Shown piece after piece: positions 9,410 through 17,789 of a stretch of DNA of 64,000 bases (within the stretch, counting starts at the first letter, position 1; each line of letters opens with the position of its first letter). The stretch is from Gaiellales bacterium. GTDB lineage: Bacteria > Actinomycetota > Thermoleophilia > Gaiellales > F1-60-MAGs149. The stretch covers positions 2,547 to 66,546 of the forward strand of contig JBCKBR010000003.1 in assembly GCA_038911065.1 (NCBI GenBank), read 5' to 3'. The notes beneath the pieces are model-generated. The model did no database searches, was not told the origin of the DNA, and worked only from the letters and a program-made list of their open reading frames with translations. The translations under genes were made by a program, and so were the position numbers.

Positions 9410-9808
9410 ATGGGCATCGAGCGAACAGACGATGAGTGGCGCGCGCTCCTGACAGCGGAGCAGTACGCGGTACTGCGCCAGCAGGGAACAGAGCCGCCGT
9501 TTACGGGTGCGTATTGGGACGAGCATAGGCCGGGTGTCTATCTATGTGCTGGCTGCGGCAGTGCACTATTCCGGTCGGGCGACAAGTTCGATTCGGGAAC
9601 GGGCTGGCCGAGTTTTACGCAACCGATTGGCGAGGACATGGTCGGTGCACGTGCTGATAACTCGCACGGGATGCAGCGTAACGAGGTTATCTGCGCGAGC
9701 TGTAGTGGTCACCTCGGGCACATCTTTCCTGATGGTCCGGGTCCGACAGGTCAGCGTTACTGCATCAACTCGTGCTCCCTCGCGCTCGCTGGGGAAGCGA
9801 TAGAATGA
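9410..9808 (+). CDS. msrB: Peptide-methionine (R)-S-oxide reductase
   Basis: 132 aa. Two CxxC Zn pairs ([21 protein letters not shown]), GWPSF, and catalytic RYCINS. Confidence 0.93.
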   Translation: MGIERTDDEWRALLTAEQYAVLRQQGTEPPFTGAYWDEHRPGVYLCAGCGSALFRSGDKFDSGTGWPSFTQPIGEDMVGARADNSHGMQRNEVICASCSGHLGHIFPDGPGPTGQRYCINSCSLALAGEAIE

Positions 9809-9895
9809 CGGCACCAGAGATTGTGCCATTCGTGGCGACTTTGACAGCAGGCGGGGAGCGCCCACAAGATATGTCGGTGACTGGAGGGAAAGCAC

Positions 9896-10516
9896 GTGGC
9901 TGATCAAGGTTCTGAGCGCGCGGGCGCCTCGTCGTATAGCGACGTCAATGATCCCCGAACTGTGATTAGTCGCAGCAAGTTTCTGACGGGCGCGACCGTC
10001 GGCCTCGGTGGTCTGATCGGTGTTGCGATTGCCGTTCCGGTCGTCGGCTTCATGCTCGGCCCCTCATTCCTGGGGGAGGACTGGTACTGGACGAGTTTCG
10101 GACCGGTCGATAATAAGGACTTCAAAGAGGGTACGTACGAGCCCGTCATCTTCGAGCGTGGCAAGCTCGGCGAGTTGGATCGTCGGGTCGCCTACGTGCG
10201 CCGTGACGGCGCCGAGAAGTTCACGATCATCTCAAACGTGTGCATGCATCTCGGCTGTCCTGTGCAATTCATGGCCACGAACTTTGCCTGCCCGTGCCAT
10301 GGTGGTCAGTACGACGCGGAAGGCATCGTTACCGCGGGCCCACCTGTGCGCCCCCTAAACCGTTTCGAGTACAAAGTCGAAGGCGGGAATCTGCTCGTTG
10401 GACGCCCCTTTGCGACAGAAGACGTCGACGGCAAAATCGTCATGACTGATACCTTCAAGCTACCTGGTCAGCCCGTTGGTGGGCTCCTCGGTTGGCTCTA
10501 CCCCGCACCCGGCTGA
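9896..10516 (+). CDS. qcrA: Rieske 2Fe-2S subunit of menaquinol-cytochrome c reductase
   Basis: 206 aa. Rieske boxes CMHLGCPV and CPCHGGQYD. N-terminal TM helix. GGAGGGA lies upstream of GTG 9896. Confidence 0.85.
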   Translation: MADQGSERAGASSYSDVNDPRTVISRSKFLTGATVGLGGLIGVAIAVPVVGFMLGPSFLGEDWYWTSFGPVDNKDFKEGTYEPVIFERGKLGELDRRVAYVRRDGAEKFTIISNVCMHLGCPVQFMATNFACPCHGGQYDAEGIVTAGPPVRPLNRFEYKVEGGNLLVGRPFATEDVDGKIVMTDTFKLPGQPVGGLLGWLYPAPG

Positions 10517-10530
10517 GGCAGGAGAACCCG

Positions 10531-11244
10531 ATGCCTACACTGTTGCCTCCTGCTGGAGAGATCGCCAAGATCCCCGTCGACTGGGTCGAAGAGCGTTCGG
10601 GCCTGATCTCGTTTGGCAAGTTTATGCTGTTCCGCAATGTCCCCAAGGACATCTCGTGGTTGCAGACGCTCGGTTCGGCACTGATCACGGTCTTCATCGT
10701 GCAGGCGGTGACGGGCATCCTGCTGGCGATGTACTACCAGCCCAATCCGGATACGGCGTGGGCCACGATCAAGTGGATTACCGACGACGCCACGCTGGGC
10801 TGGCTCGTGCGCGGTATGCACAAGTGGGGCTCGTCCGTGATGGTCGTCCTGCTGTTCCTGCACATGGGACGCACGTTCTTGTTCGGCGCCTACAAGTATC
10901 CCCGCGAGATGACGTGGATTACCGGCGCGATCATCTTCATCCTCGTGATGGCATTGTCGTTTACCGGCTACCTGCTGGTCTTCGACGAGCGCGCCTATTG
11001 GGCCACGATCGTTGGCGTCAACATCAACGGCACGGCGCCGATCCTCGGACCGTACCTGTCCTACATCCTGATGGTGGGTCCCGAGATTGGAACGCACACA
11101 CTGTCGCGCTTCTACTCGCTACACATGCTCGTCTTGCCGAGCGCCGTCGGCGGCCTGATCGCGCTGCACCTCTGGCTCGTGATCAAGCTTGGCGTAACGT
11201 CGCCCCCGTGGTCCCGCATGCAGTCGACGGAGAGTGATATCTAA
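10531..11244 (+). CDS. qcrB: Cytochrome b (b6-like short form) of the bc complex
   Basis: Cytochrome b N-terminal domain (GILLAMYYQP, MHKWGSSVMVVLLFLHMGRTFLFGAYKYPREMTWITG). Start taken at ATG 10531, preceded by AGGAGA. Its stop overlaps the next start (TAATG). Confidence 0.88.
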   Translation: MPTLLPPAGEIAKIPVDWVEERSGLISFGKFMLFRNVPKDISWLQTLGSALITVFIVQAVTGILLAMYYQPNPDTAWATIKWITDDATLGWLVRGMHKWGSSVMVVLLFLHMGRTFLFGAYKYPREMTWITGAIIFILVMALSFTGYLLVFDERAYWATIVGVNINGTAPILGPYLSYILMVGPEIGTHTLSRFYSLHMLVLPSAVGGLIALHLWLVIKLGVTSPPWSRMQSTESDI

Positions 11245-12119
11245 TGCCACGCTTTACCGCACGTGAACGCCGCGAGGCGTATCAGCGCGAGTATTCCTTC
11301 CAGAAGCGACACGGTGAGTCGTTCTTCCCGCACGGCATTTTCCACGACACGGTCATGAGCCTGATCGTCGTTGCCCTGATCATCGGCATAACCGTTCTCT
11401 GGTATGCACAGTTTGCTCCGATTCCTGCCGACGCCACAGCCGAGCGGCTGGGTGGCATTCTCGGACCCGCCTACGAAGCTAAGGCCGATCCGGGTGTGCT
11501 CGGCTACCACCCGCGTCCCGACTGGTACTTCTTCTTCCTCTTCGAGTTGTTGCGTATCTTCAAGACACCAGCACTCCTGATCGTCGGCTCGGTCATCATC
11601 CCGACGATCTGGATGGTGCTGCTGATCGGCTGGCCGTTTATTGATCGCAATCCTGATCGGCGACTCTCGCGCCGCCCGATCGCGCTTGCGCTGGGTGTGA
11701 CGGTGCCGATTGTGCTCTTGGCGTTGACGTTCTATGGCTCGAAGGCGCCGGGCGTCGCTGGGTCGGTGTCGGCAGAACCCGGAGCGGCAGCGTTCGCAGC
11801 CGCGTCTTGCGCGACCTGTCACACGTTGGCGAATGCGGGTACGGCCGGCAACGTGGGTCCCGTGCTCGATGACATCAAGCCCGACTATGCCACGGCGCTG
11901 ACGTTCATTACCGACGGCAAGGGGGGAATGCCGGCCTTCAAGGGCACCTATACGGAAGACGAGATTTCGTGCCTAGCCGGCTACGTCGCAACATGGTCAG
12001 GTGCCACGGGCACGACGCCGGGTCCGGGCGCGGATTCTGCAAAAGACACGTATCCAGCATCGTGTAAGAAGGCTGGCGGCTTGTATGCCGGCACGGCTTC
12101 GGCTGCTGCCGGTCCCTGA
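11244..12119 (+). CDS. qcrC: bc-complex subunit IV-like domain fused to a c-type cytochrome
   Basis: 291 aa. Qo-site motif variant PDWYFFFLFELLR in the membrane part. C-terminal haem-c site CATCH with distal GGMPAF. Confidence 0.85.
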   Translation: MPRFTARERREAYQREYSFQKRHGESFFPHGIFHDTVMSLIVVALIIGITVLWYAQFAPIPADATAERLGGILGPAYEAKADPGVLGYHPRPDWYFFFLFELLRIFKTPALLIVGSVIIPTIWMVLLIGWPFIDRNPDRRLSRRPIALALGVTVPIVLLALTFYGSKAPGVAGSVSAEPGAAAFAAASCATCHTLANAGTAGNVGPVLDDIKPDYATALTFITDGKGGMPAFKGTYTEDEISCLAGYVATWSGATGTTPGPGADSAKDTYPASCKKAGGLYAGTASAAAGP

Positions 12120-12148
12120 TGGACCGCGCACAACAATTGAAGAATGTG

Positions 12149-12185
12149 ACGACGGCTGGGTTTTCCCCGGCCGTTGTTGTTTCTG
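12149..12185 (+). terminator. Rho-independent terminator after qcrC
   Basis: Stem ACGGCTGGG (12152-12160) pairs with CCCGGCCGT (12166-12174), including one G-U pair. Loop TTTTC, followed by the T-rich TGTTGTTTCT. Confidence 0.65.
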
Positions 12186-12251
12186 CACCGAAGGGTCTGT
12201 AGGTTGACTATCGCTGCTGCAGTATCCTGCAGCGAGCGTAACCCCTGACAC

Positions 12252-12848
12252 ATGCGAGTTTTCCTCGGAATCACCGGCGCCTCGGGCGCACCGTACGCAG
12301 CCCGCGTGCTCGCGGGGCTCGTTGCTGCAGGTGTAGAGGTCGGCGTCTGCGTCTCGTCTTCCGCAGGCGAGGTGATTGCTTGGGAGATCTACCGCGATCG
12401 GTCGCTGGCCGGGCCCGACGCGATCCAGCGATTCGTCAAAGAGTTTGGCGGCGACACCACGACGCTCTACGAAGAACGCGACTGGTTCTCGCCCTATGCG
12501 TCCGGGTCGGCCAAGGTTGATGCGTATGTGATCTGCCCCTGCTCGATGGCGACCTGCGGCACGATCGCCTCGACGAGCCAAGCCAATCTGATCCACCGCG
12601 CAGCAGGTGTTGCGTTGAAGGAGCGCCGCAAGCTGATCCTCGTGCCGCGCGAGTCGCCCTTATCGCTGCTGCACCTGCGCACGCTGACGACGCTGGCGGA
12701 GGCCGGTGCGGTGATTGCCCCCGCGATGCCCGCGTTCTATACCCACCCGAATCAGCTCGACGATATGACCGATTTTGTTGCGGGTCGCGTGCTCGACCTG
12801 TGCGGCGTCGACAACGAGCTGCTGTCACGCTGGGGGACACAATCGTGA
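12252..12848 (+). CDS. ubiX: Flavin prenyltransferase
   Basis: 198 aa. MRVFLGITGASGAPYAARVL N-terminus and the CPCSMATCGTIA block typical of UbiX/Pad1. Confidence 0.9.
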   Translation: MRVFLGITGASGAPYAARVLAGLVAAGVEVGVCVSSSAGEVIAWEIYRDRSLAGPDAIQRFVKEFGGDTTTLYEERDWFSPYASGSAKVDAYVICPCSMATCGTIASTSQANLIHRAAGVALKERRKLILVPRESPLSLLHLRTLTTLAEAGAVIAPAMPAFYTHPNQLDDMTDFVAGRVLDLCGVDNELLSRWGTQS

Positions 12849-13600
12849 GCACTGACAACCTCCCAGTACCGTACGGCGTCGAAGAAGGCACGTTGTCGCC
12901 CGAGCGGGTCCAGGCCATGTTCGATCGGATAGCGCGCCCGTACGACGCGATGAATCGCGTCATGACGGTGGGCCTCGACGTCCGCTGGCGCAGGCTGGCG
13001 GCCGATGCCACAGGAGTTGGTGCGGGCGCGAGCGTCCTCGACTGTTGCTGTGGAACGGCAGATCTCACGCTCGAGCTCGCCAAGCGCGTCGGCCCGAGCG
13101 GCGAGGTGATCGGCCTCGATTTTGCCGAGCGCATGCTTGATCGTGGGCGCGCCAAGATTGCTAAGAAGGGTGCAGACCAGGCCACACTTCTGCATGGCGA
13201 CGCCCTCGATCTACCGTTTGAGGACGATCGTTTCGCCGCGGCAACCGTGGCCTTTGGCATCCGCAATGTGGCTGACCTTGGGCTTGGAATCCGCGAGTTG
13301 GTACGCGTCGTCCGCCCGGGTGGCAAGGTCGTTTGTCTGGAGATCACGACACCTGAGTCCGGGGTTGCAGCGAAGTTTCATCACCTCTGGTTCGACCGTC
13401 TCGTGCCGAGCATTGGTCGACTCGTGGATAAGCAGGACTCGGCCTACGTGTATCTGCCCGCCTCCGTTCGACGCTTTCCTGGACCGACAACGCTGGCGCA
13501 CGCGATGTACGAGAACGGGCTCAGCGATGTGCGCTTCCGCAAACTCGGTGGTGGCATTGTCGCGCTCCACGTCGGCACAGTGGCTCGAGGTGACGCATGA
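12845..13600 (+). CDS. ubiE: Demethylmenaquinone/ubiquinone C-methyltransferase
   Basis: UbiE/MenG blocks VQAMFDRIARPYDAMNRVMT, the SAM motif VLDCCCGTADL, and FGIRNV. GTG 12845 overlaps the ubiX stop (GTGA); the ORF opens at 12800. Confidence 0.88.
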   Translation: MSTDNLPVPYGVEEGTLSPERVQAMFDRIARPYDAMNRVMTVGLDVRWRRLAADATGVGAGASVLDCCCGTADLTLELAKRVGPSGEVIGLDFAERMLDRGRAKIAKKGADQATLLHGDALDLPFEDDRFAAATVAFGIRNVADLGLGIRELVRVVRPGGKVVCLEITTPESGVAAKFHHLWFDRLVPSIGRLVDKQDSAYVYLPASVRRFPGPTTLAHAMYENGLSDVRFRKLGGGIVALHVGTVARGDA

Positions 13601-14568
13601 GCACGATCAGCTATGCCGATCTCCTCGTCCTGCCCGGCATTCGCGATTACCTCGATCGCGTCGAAGCACGCCTGGCCGACGATGTTGCCTGGGTGGGTGG
13701 TTCGACGTCAGCGACTGCTGCCGCGACTCTTTCGGCGGGTGGCAAGCGCCTGCGGCCCTTGCTCGTGCTGCTGTCGTCCCCCACTGCGAGCCAGTCACGG
13801 ACGAACCTGGTGCGTGTCGGCAGCGCAGTCGAACTCGTCCACATGGCGACGCTCGTACACGACGATATACTCGACCGCGCCTCCTTACGTCGTGGACGGC
13901 CGACCGTTTGGGCCCAGCACGGCGAACGCATTGCCGGTGCTACCGGGGACGTCTTGTTTGCGCGCGCCTTTGCCGTTCTAGCCGAAGCCAATGATATTGC
14001 GAGCCTCGCATTGCTGGCACAAGCTACGCTCGCTCTGTCCGAAGGCGAGGCGTTACAGATGCTGCAGACGCGGGAGCCGGCGACGACGCCCGCACAGTAC
14101 TTCGAGCGCTGCACCCTCAAAACGGGTCGCCTCTTTGCTGCCGCCTGCGCTCTCGGTGGACGGTTCGGTGGCCTTGGCGATGACGACGCGGACGCGCTGG
14201 CCGACTATGGACGTTTGCTCGGGCTGGCCTTCCAAGTTGCCGATGACATCCTCGACTGTGAGGGCTCGGCAGATGCCACTGGCAAGCTGCTCGGCACCGA
14301 TCTGCTTGGCGGCACAGCCACACTTCCGTTGCTCTTTGCCGCGCGCGACGATGCCATGGTGGCCGAGGCGCTGCGTCACGCACCCATGCCCGCTGAGGTC
14401 GCCCCACTACTCGCACGCATCATCGGCACGGGAGCACTCGACGAGGCGCGCGAGGCGGCATACGAACTCGTGCGGGCAGCAGAGGATGCCCTCGATCGCA
14501 TCCACGGTGACCTCGATACCACGCCGCTCCGGATGGTCGTCCGAAGCGTCGTCGACCGCGATACGTAA
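13597..14568 (+). CDS. Long-chain polyprenyl diphosphate synthase (hepta/octaprenyl type)
   Basis: 323 aa. First Asp-rich motif LVHDDILDRASLRRGRPT and second motif FQVADDILD. ATGA overlap with ubiE. Confidence 0.9.
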   Translation: MSTISYADLLVLPGIRDYLDRVEARLADDVAWVGGSTSATAAATLSAGGKRLRPLLVLLSSPTASQSRTNLVRVGSAVELVHMATLVHDDILDRASLRRGRPTVWAQHGERIAGATGDVLFARAFAVLAEANDIASLALLAQATLALSEGEALQMLQTREPATTPAQYFERCTLKTGRLFAAACALGGRFGGLGDDDADALADYGRLLGLAFQVADDILDCEGSADATGKLLGTDLLGGTATLPLLFAARDDAMVAEALRHAPMPAEVAPLLARIIGTGALDEAREAAYELVRAAEDALDRIHGDLDTTPLRMVVRSVVDRDT

Positions 14569-14583
14569 GCTAGGAACTTTCGC

Positions 14584-15696
14584 ATGGCTACCATCATTCA
14601 CACCACCGATCTGCAGGCAATCCGCGAGAAGATCGTGGCGGGCGAGCGTCTCGAGCTCGACGACGGCATCACGCTGCTCGAGTCGCATGACGTGCTCGAG
14701 CTTGGCGCGCTTGCAGACTTGGCACGTCGGCAGCGGGGCGGGAGCGACGAGGTCTACTTCGTCAACAATCTGTACCTCAACCACACAACGATCTGTCGCG
14801 TCAAGTGCAAGTTCTGTGCCTTTGCCCACACCTCGAAGCAGGCCGGTGCGGTGATGTGGGATATCGGCGAGCTCGTTGCCCACGCGCAAGATGTACAGAA
14901 AACGCAGGACTTCACCGAGATCCACATGGTTGGTGGCGAAAACCCACACCTCGACTTCCAGTACTACATCGACATCACGAAGGCACTCAAAGAAGGGCTG
15001 CCGGGTGTCGACCTCAAGCTCTTTACGGCGTCGGAGATCCACCATATGACGCGTCTCTCGGGTCTCAACCACGAGGAGGTGCTGCGGGCCCTGATTGACG
15101 CTGGCCTCGACACGCTGCCCGGTGGTGGCGCCGAAGTGTTCTCGCCGCGCGTCCGCAAGATCATTGCGCCTGGCAAAGAGCCGGGAGCGCAGTGGCTCGA
15201 GACGCACCGCATCGCTCACCGGCTCGGACTCAAGACGCACTGCACGATGCTTTATAACCACGTCGAGACCTACGAGGAGCGCATCGAGCATCTGCTGGCA
15301 CTGCGCGAACTACAGGACGATACGGGGGGCTTCATGGCCTTCATCCCGTTGCCATTTCATCCTCAAAACACCGTCTTCGAGCGGCGTGGCTGGAAGTTCT
15401 CGACCGGCCAGGACGACCTCAAGATGATCGCCGTCTCGCGGCTGATGCTCGACAACATCGAGCATGTTAAGGCGTACTGGATCATGATTTCGACACCAAT
15501 CGCTCAAGTCGCCCTCTCCTTCGGAGCCAACGATATTCAGGGCACCGTGGTCGAAGAGAAGATCGCGCATGCTGCCGGTGCAGTCACTCCGACCGAGGAG
15601 AAGGTCGCGGACCTCGTGCGCGTCATCGAACAGGCCGGCAAGATCCCCGTCCAGCGCGACACGTTCTACAACGAGTTGCGACGGTGGGACTCGTGA
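14584..15696 (+). CDS. mqnE: Radical-SAM menaquinone (futalosine pathway) enzyme, best guess aminofutalosine synthase
   Basis: 370 aa. CRVKCKFCAF radical-SAM cluster. The blocks LFTASEIHH, LGLKTHCTMLYNHVE and LRELQDDTGGFMAFIPL resemble MqnE as I recall it. The MqnE versus MqnC assignment is not certain. Confidence 0.6.
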   Translation: MATIIHTTDLQAIREKIVAGERLELDDGITLLESHDVLELGALADLARRQRGGSDEVYFVNNLYLNHTTICRVKCKFCAFAHTSKQAGAVMWDIGELVAHAQDVQKTQDFTEIHMVGGENPHLDFQYYIDITKALKEGLPGVDLKLFTASEIHHMTRLSGLNHEEVLRALIDAGLDTLPGGGAEVFSPRVRKIIAPGKEPGAQWLETHRIAHRLGLKTHCTMLYNHVETYEERIEHLLALRELQDDTGGFMAFIPLPFHPQNTVFERRGWKFSTGQDDLKMIAVSRLMLDNIEHVKAYWIMISTPIAQVALSFGANDIQGTVVEEKIAHAAGAVTPTEEKVADLVRVIEQAGKIPVQRDTFYNELRRWDS

Positions 15697-16484
15697 CTCC
15701 TCTGCGCGTCGGTCGCGTTGACTTCATCAACACATTTCCACTCGCCTGGTCGCTCCAGCACCGACTCGAGTCGGGCGCGATTACCGAGACCCTCGCCTCG
15801 CCAACGCAACTCAACGCGCTGCTCCTGGCGGGCGACCTCGATGTCGCTAACGTCTCGAGCATCGCCTACGCGCTCGATCCGGAGCAGTACGTCCTGCTGC
15901 CGTCCGTCTGCATCGCATCGCAGGGCGCTGTCGATTCGGTTCAGCTCGTCACGGATGTGCCACTGCCGGCCATGCGGTCGATCTCTGTCACCAGCCAAAG
16001 CGCAGCCTCCGTGGCGCTCGTGCGCGTGCTCTTTCCCTCCGCCGAGATTCGGGCCGAAGGCATACCGGCCGACGCAAAGCTGTTGATTGGCGACGACGCA
16101 CTGCATTCGATGATCAACGACGCAACGCCGCATCACGACCTTGGCGAGCTCTGGTTCGAGCGCACGGGACTACCGATGGTGTTCGCCGTCTGGGCTGCTC
16201 AGCGCACGATCGATCCTGCGCGCCTAGTCGCGCTCGACCATGCCTTTGCATCCGCTGTGGCAGATGCCTCCGAGCATGCGGCGCTGATCGCGCAGGCCGC
16301 CGCGGAGCGCTATGGCTTCCCGGCCGGATTCCTCGCTCGCTACTTCGAGAAGCTGCGCTACCCGTTTGGTGAACAGGAGCGCGCGGGATTGCTGCGATAC
16401 TTCGAACTGGCCGCAGCGGCGGGCATCGTCGATTCGGCACCCGAGTTGGTATTTGCGGGAGCCACGCAAGGAGTGCAGGGCTAG
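15684..16484 (+). CDS. mqnA: Chorismate dehydratase (futalosine pathway MqnA)
   Basis: 266 aa. The LRVGRVDFINTFPL N-terminus is typical of MqnA. An alternative start, GTG 15693, overlaps the upstream stop (GTGA). Confidence 0.85.
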   Translation: MGLVTPLRVGRVDFINTFPLAWSLQHRLESGAITETLASPTQLNALLLAGDLDVANVSSIAYALDPEQYVLLPSVCIASQGAVDSVQLVTDVPLPAMRSISVTSQSAASVALVRVLFPSAEIRAEGIPADAKLLIGDDALHSMINDATPHHDLGELWFERTGLPMVFAVWAAQRTIDPARLVALDHAFASAVADASEHAALIAQAAAERYGFPAGFLARYFEKLRYPFGEQERAGLLRYFELAAAAGIVDSAPELVFAGATQGVQG

Positions 16485-17587
16485 TGGCCGTCATCGATTC
16501 GACTCGCACCGTCACCGAGATTTTGGCTCGCGTGCTGGATGGGGAGCGGCTCTGCGATGCAGACGCGCTGACGTTGATGCAGTCGAAGGATCTCGTCTCG
16601 ATCGGCGCTGCAGCTAATGAGATCCGCAACCGCAAGGCGAATCCCGGCGAGATTACCTTCATCGTCGATCGCAATATCAACTATACGAATATCTGCGTGA
16701 CGGATTGCCATTTCTGCGCGTTCTACCGCAAGCCTGGCGACACGCGCGAGGGCTACACGCTGCCGAAGCCGATTATTTTCGGCAAGATCAGAGAGACAAT
16801 CGCGGTTGGTGGCACGGGCGCCTTGATGCAGGGTGGGCATAACCCCGAGCTCGACATCGAGTGGTACGAGGACATCTTCTCGTCGATCAAGGAGCGCTAC
16901 CCCGCGTTTCATCTGCACGCGTTGTCGCCACCCGAGATTATGTACATCTCGCGTCGCTCCAGTCTGCCGATCGCTACCGTGCTTTCGCGCCTGCGGGATG
17001 CGGGCCTCGACACGCTGCCAGGCGGTGGTGGTGAGATCCTCGTTGATCGCGTTCGCAAGATCATCTCTCCCAAGAAGACCAAGAGCGATGAGTGGCTCGA
17101 GGTCATGCGCCAGGCGCATCGTCAAGGCATGTCGACATCGGCAACGATGATGTACGGGCACGTCGAGACGCTCACAGAACGTGTCGAGCACATGCGCCGC
17201 CTGCGCGATCTACAGGACGAGGTGCCGGGCTTCCGGGCCTTTATCTCGTGGACGTTCCAGCCCGACAACACGATACTCGGCAAGACCATCAACGAGACGC
17301 CAACATCATTTGAGTACCTGTTGGTGCAGGCCATCTCGCGTCTCTACCTCGACAATATTCCGCACATCCAGTCGTCGTGGGTGACGCAGGGGATGAAGAT
17401 CGGCCAGGTCGCCTTGCACTTTGGTGCGGATGATCTCGGCTCGGTGATGCTCGAGGAGAATGTCGTTTCGGCTGCTGGCGTGACACACCGCGCATCGAGT
17501 GAGGATTTCTGTCGCGTGATCCGCAACGCGGGCTACAAACCGATCCAGCGCGACACGTACTACCGCGTCGTCAACGACGACCTGTAG
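16484..17587 (+). CDS. mqnC: Radical-SAM menaquinone (futalosine pathway) enzyme, best guess cyclic dehypoxanthinyl futalosine synthase
   Basis: 367 aa. FIVDRNINYTNICVTDCHFCAFYRKPGD, HLHALSPPEI, FRAFISWTFQ. Start overlaps the mqnA stop (TAGTG). Confidence 0.6.
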   Translation: MAVIDSTRTVTEILARVLDGERLCDADALTLMQSKDLVSIGAAANEIRNRKANPGEITFIVDRNINYTNICVTDCHFCAFYRKPGDTREGYTLPKPIIFGKIRETIAVGGTGALMQGGHNPELDIEWYEDIFSSIKERYPAFHLHALSPPEIMYISRRSSLPIATVLSRLRDAGLDTLPGGGGEILVDRVRKIISPKKTKSDEWLEVMRQAHRQGMSTSATMMYGHVETLTERVEHMRRLRDLQDEVPGFRAFISWTFQPDNTILGKTINETPTSFEYLLVQAISRLYLDNIPHIQSSWVTQGMKIGQVALHFGADDLGSVMLEENVVSAAGVTHRASSEDFCRVIRNAGYKPIQRDTYYRVVNDDL

Positions 17588-17588
17588 T

Positions 17589-17789
17589 GAGCAAAGGGGT
17601 CTGGCTCGGTTTCGTGAGGGGGGCGGACCCCACAACCGCGGGGTTTTGATGTCCGCCCCCCATACTCAACCACGCTCGACAGACGGTTTTAGGGGGCGGA
17701 CATCACAACCCCGCGGTTGTGGCGTCCGCCCAACCCCGCGGATGTGGCGTCCGCCCCCCCTCACGAAACCGAACCAGACCCCTTTGCTC
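17589..17789. repeat. Family A palindromic element, largest nested copy
   Basis: Outer arms GAGCAAAGGGGTCTGGCTCGGTTTCGTGAGGGGGGCGGA and its complement at the right end differ by one substitution and one G-run length difference. Inside are family A hairpin units and the conserved loop CAACCACGCTCGACAGACGGTTT. Confidence 0.85.

Noticed and set aside
9841-9873. Promoter upstream of qcrA based on an exact TTGACA at 9841
   Set aside because: There is no acceptable -10 hexamer at 16-19 nt spacing (ACAAGA/CAAGAT). The nearest A/T-rich hexamer is 20-21 nt away.
12204-12240. Promoter or operator upstream of ubiX (TTGACT at 12204 and inverted repeat GCTGCAG-TATC-CTGCAGC)
   Set aside because: The inverted repeat is real, but no -10 element sits at proper spacing from TTGACT. 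The function cannot be supported from sequence alone.
17611-17760. G-quadruplex formation by the G6/C6 runs flanking family A arms
   Set aside because: Only about two long G-runs occur per strand per element, and they are already committed to very stable duplex or hairpin pairing. This is insufficient evidence for four-run G4 motifs.
17589-17789. CRISPR array interpretation of the clustered family A units
   Set aside because: The units are in inverted rather than direct orientation, number only two to four per locus, and lack uniform spacers. The same units are scattered singly elsewhere, and there are no cas genes in the window.
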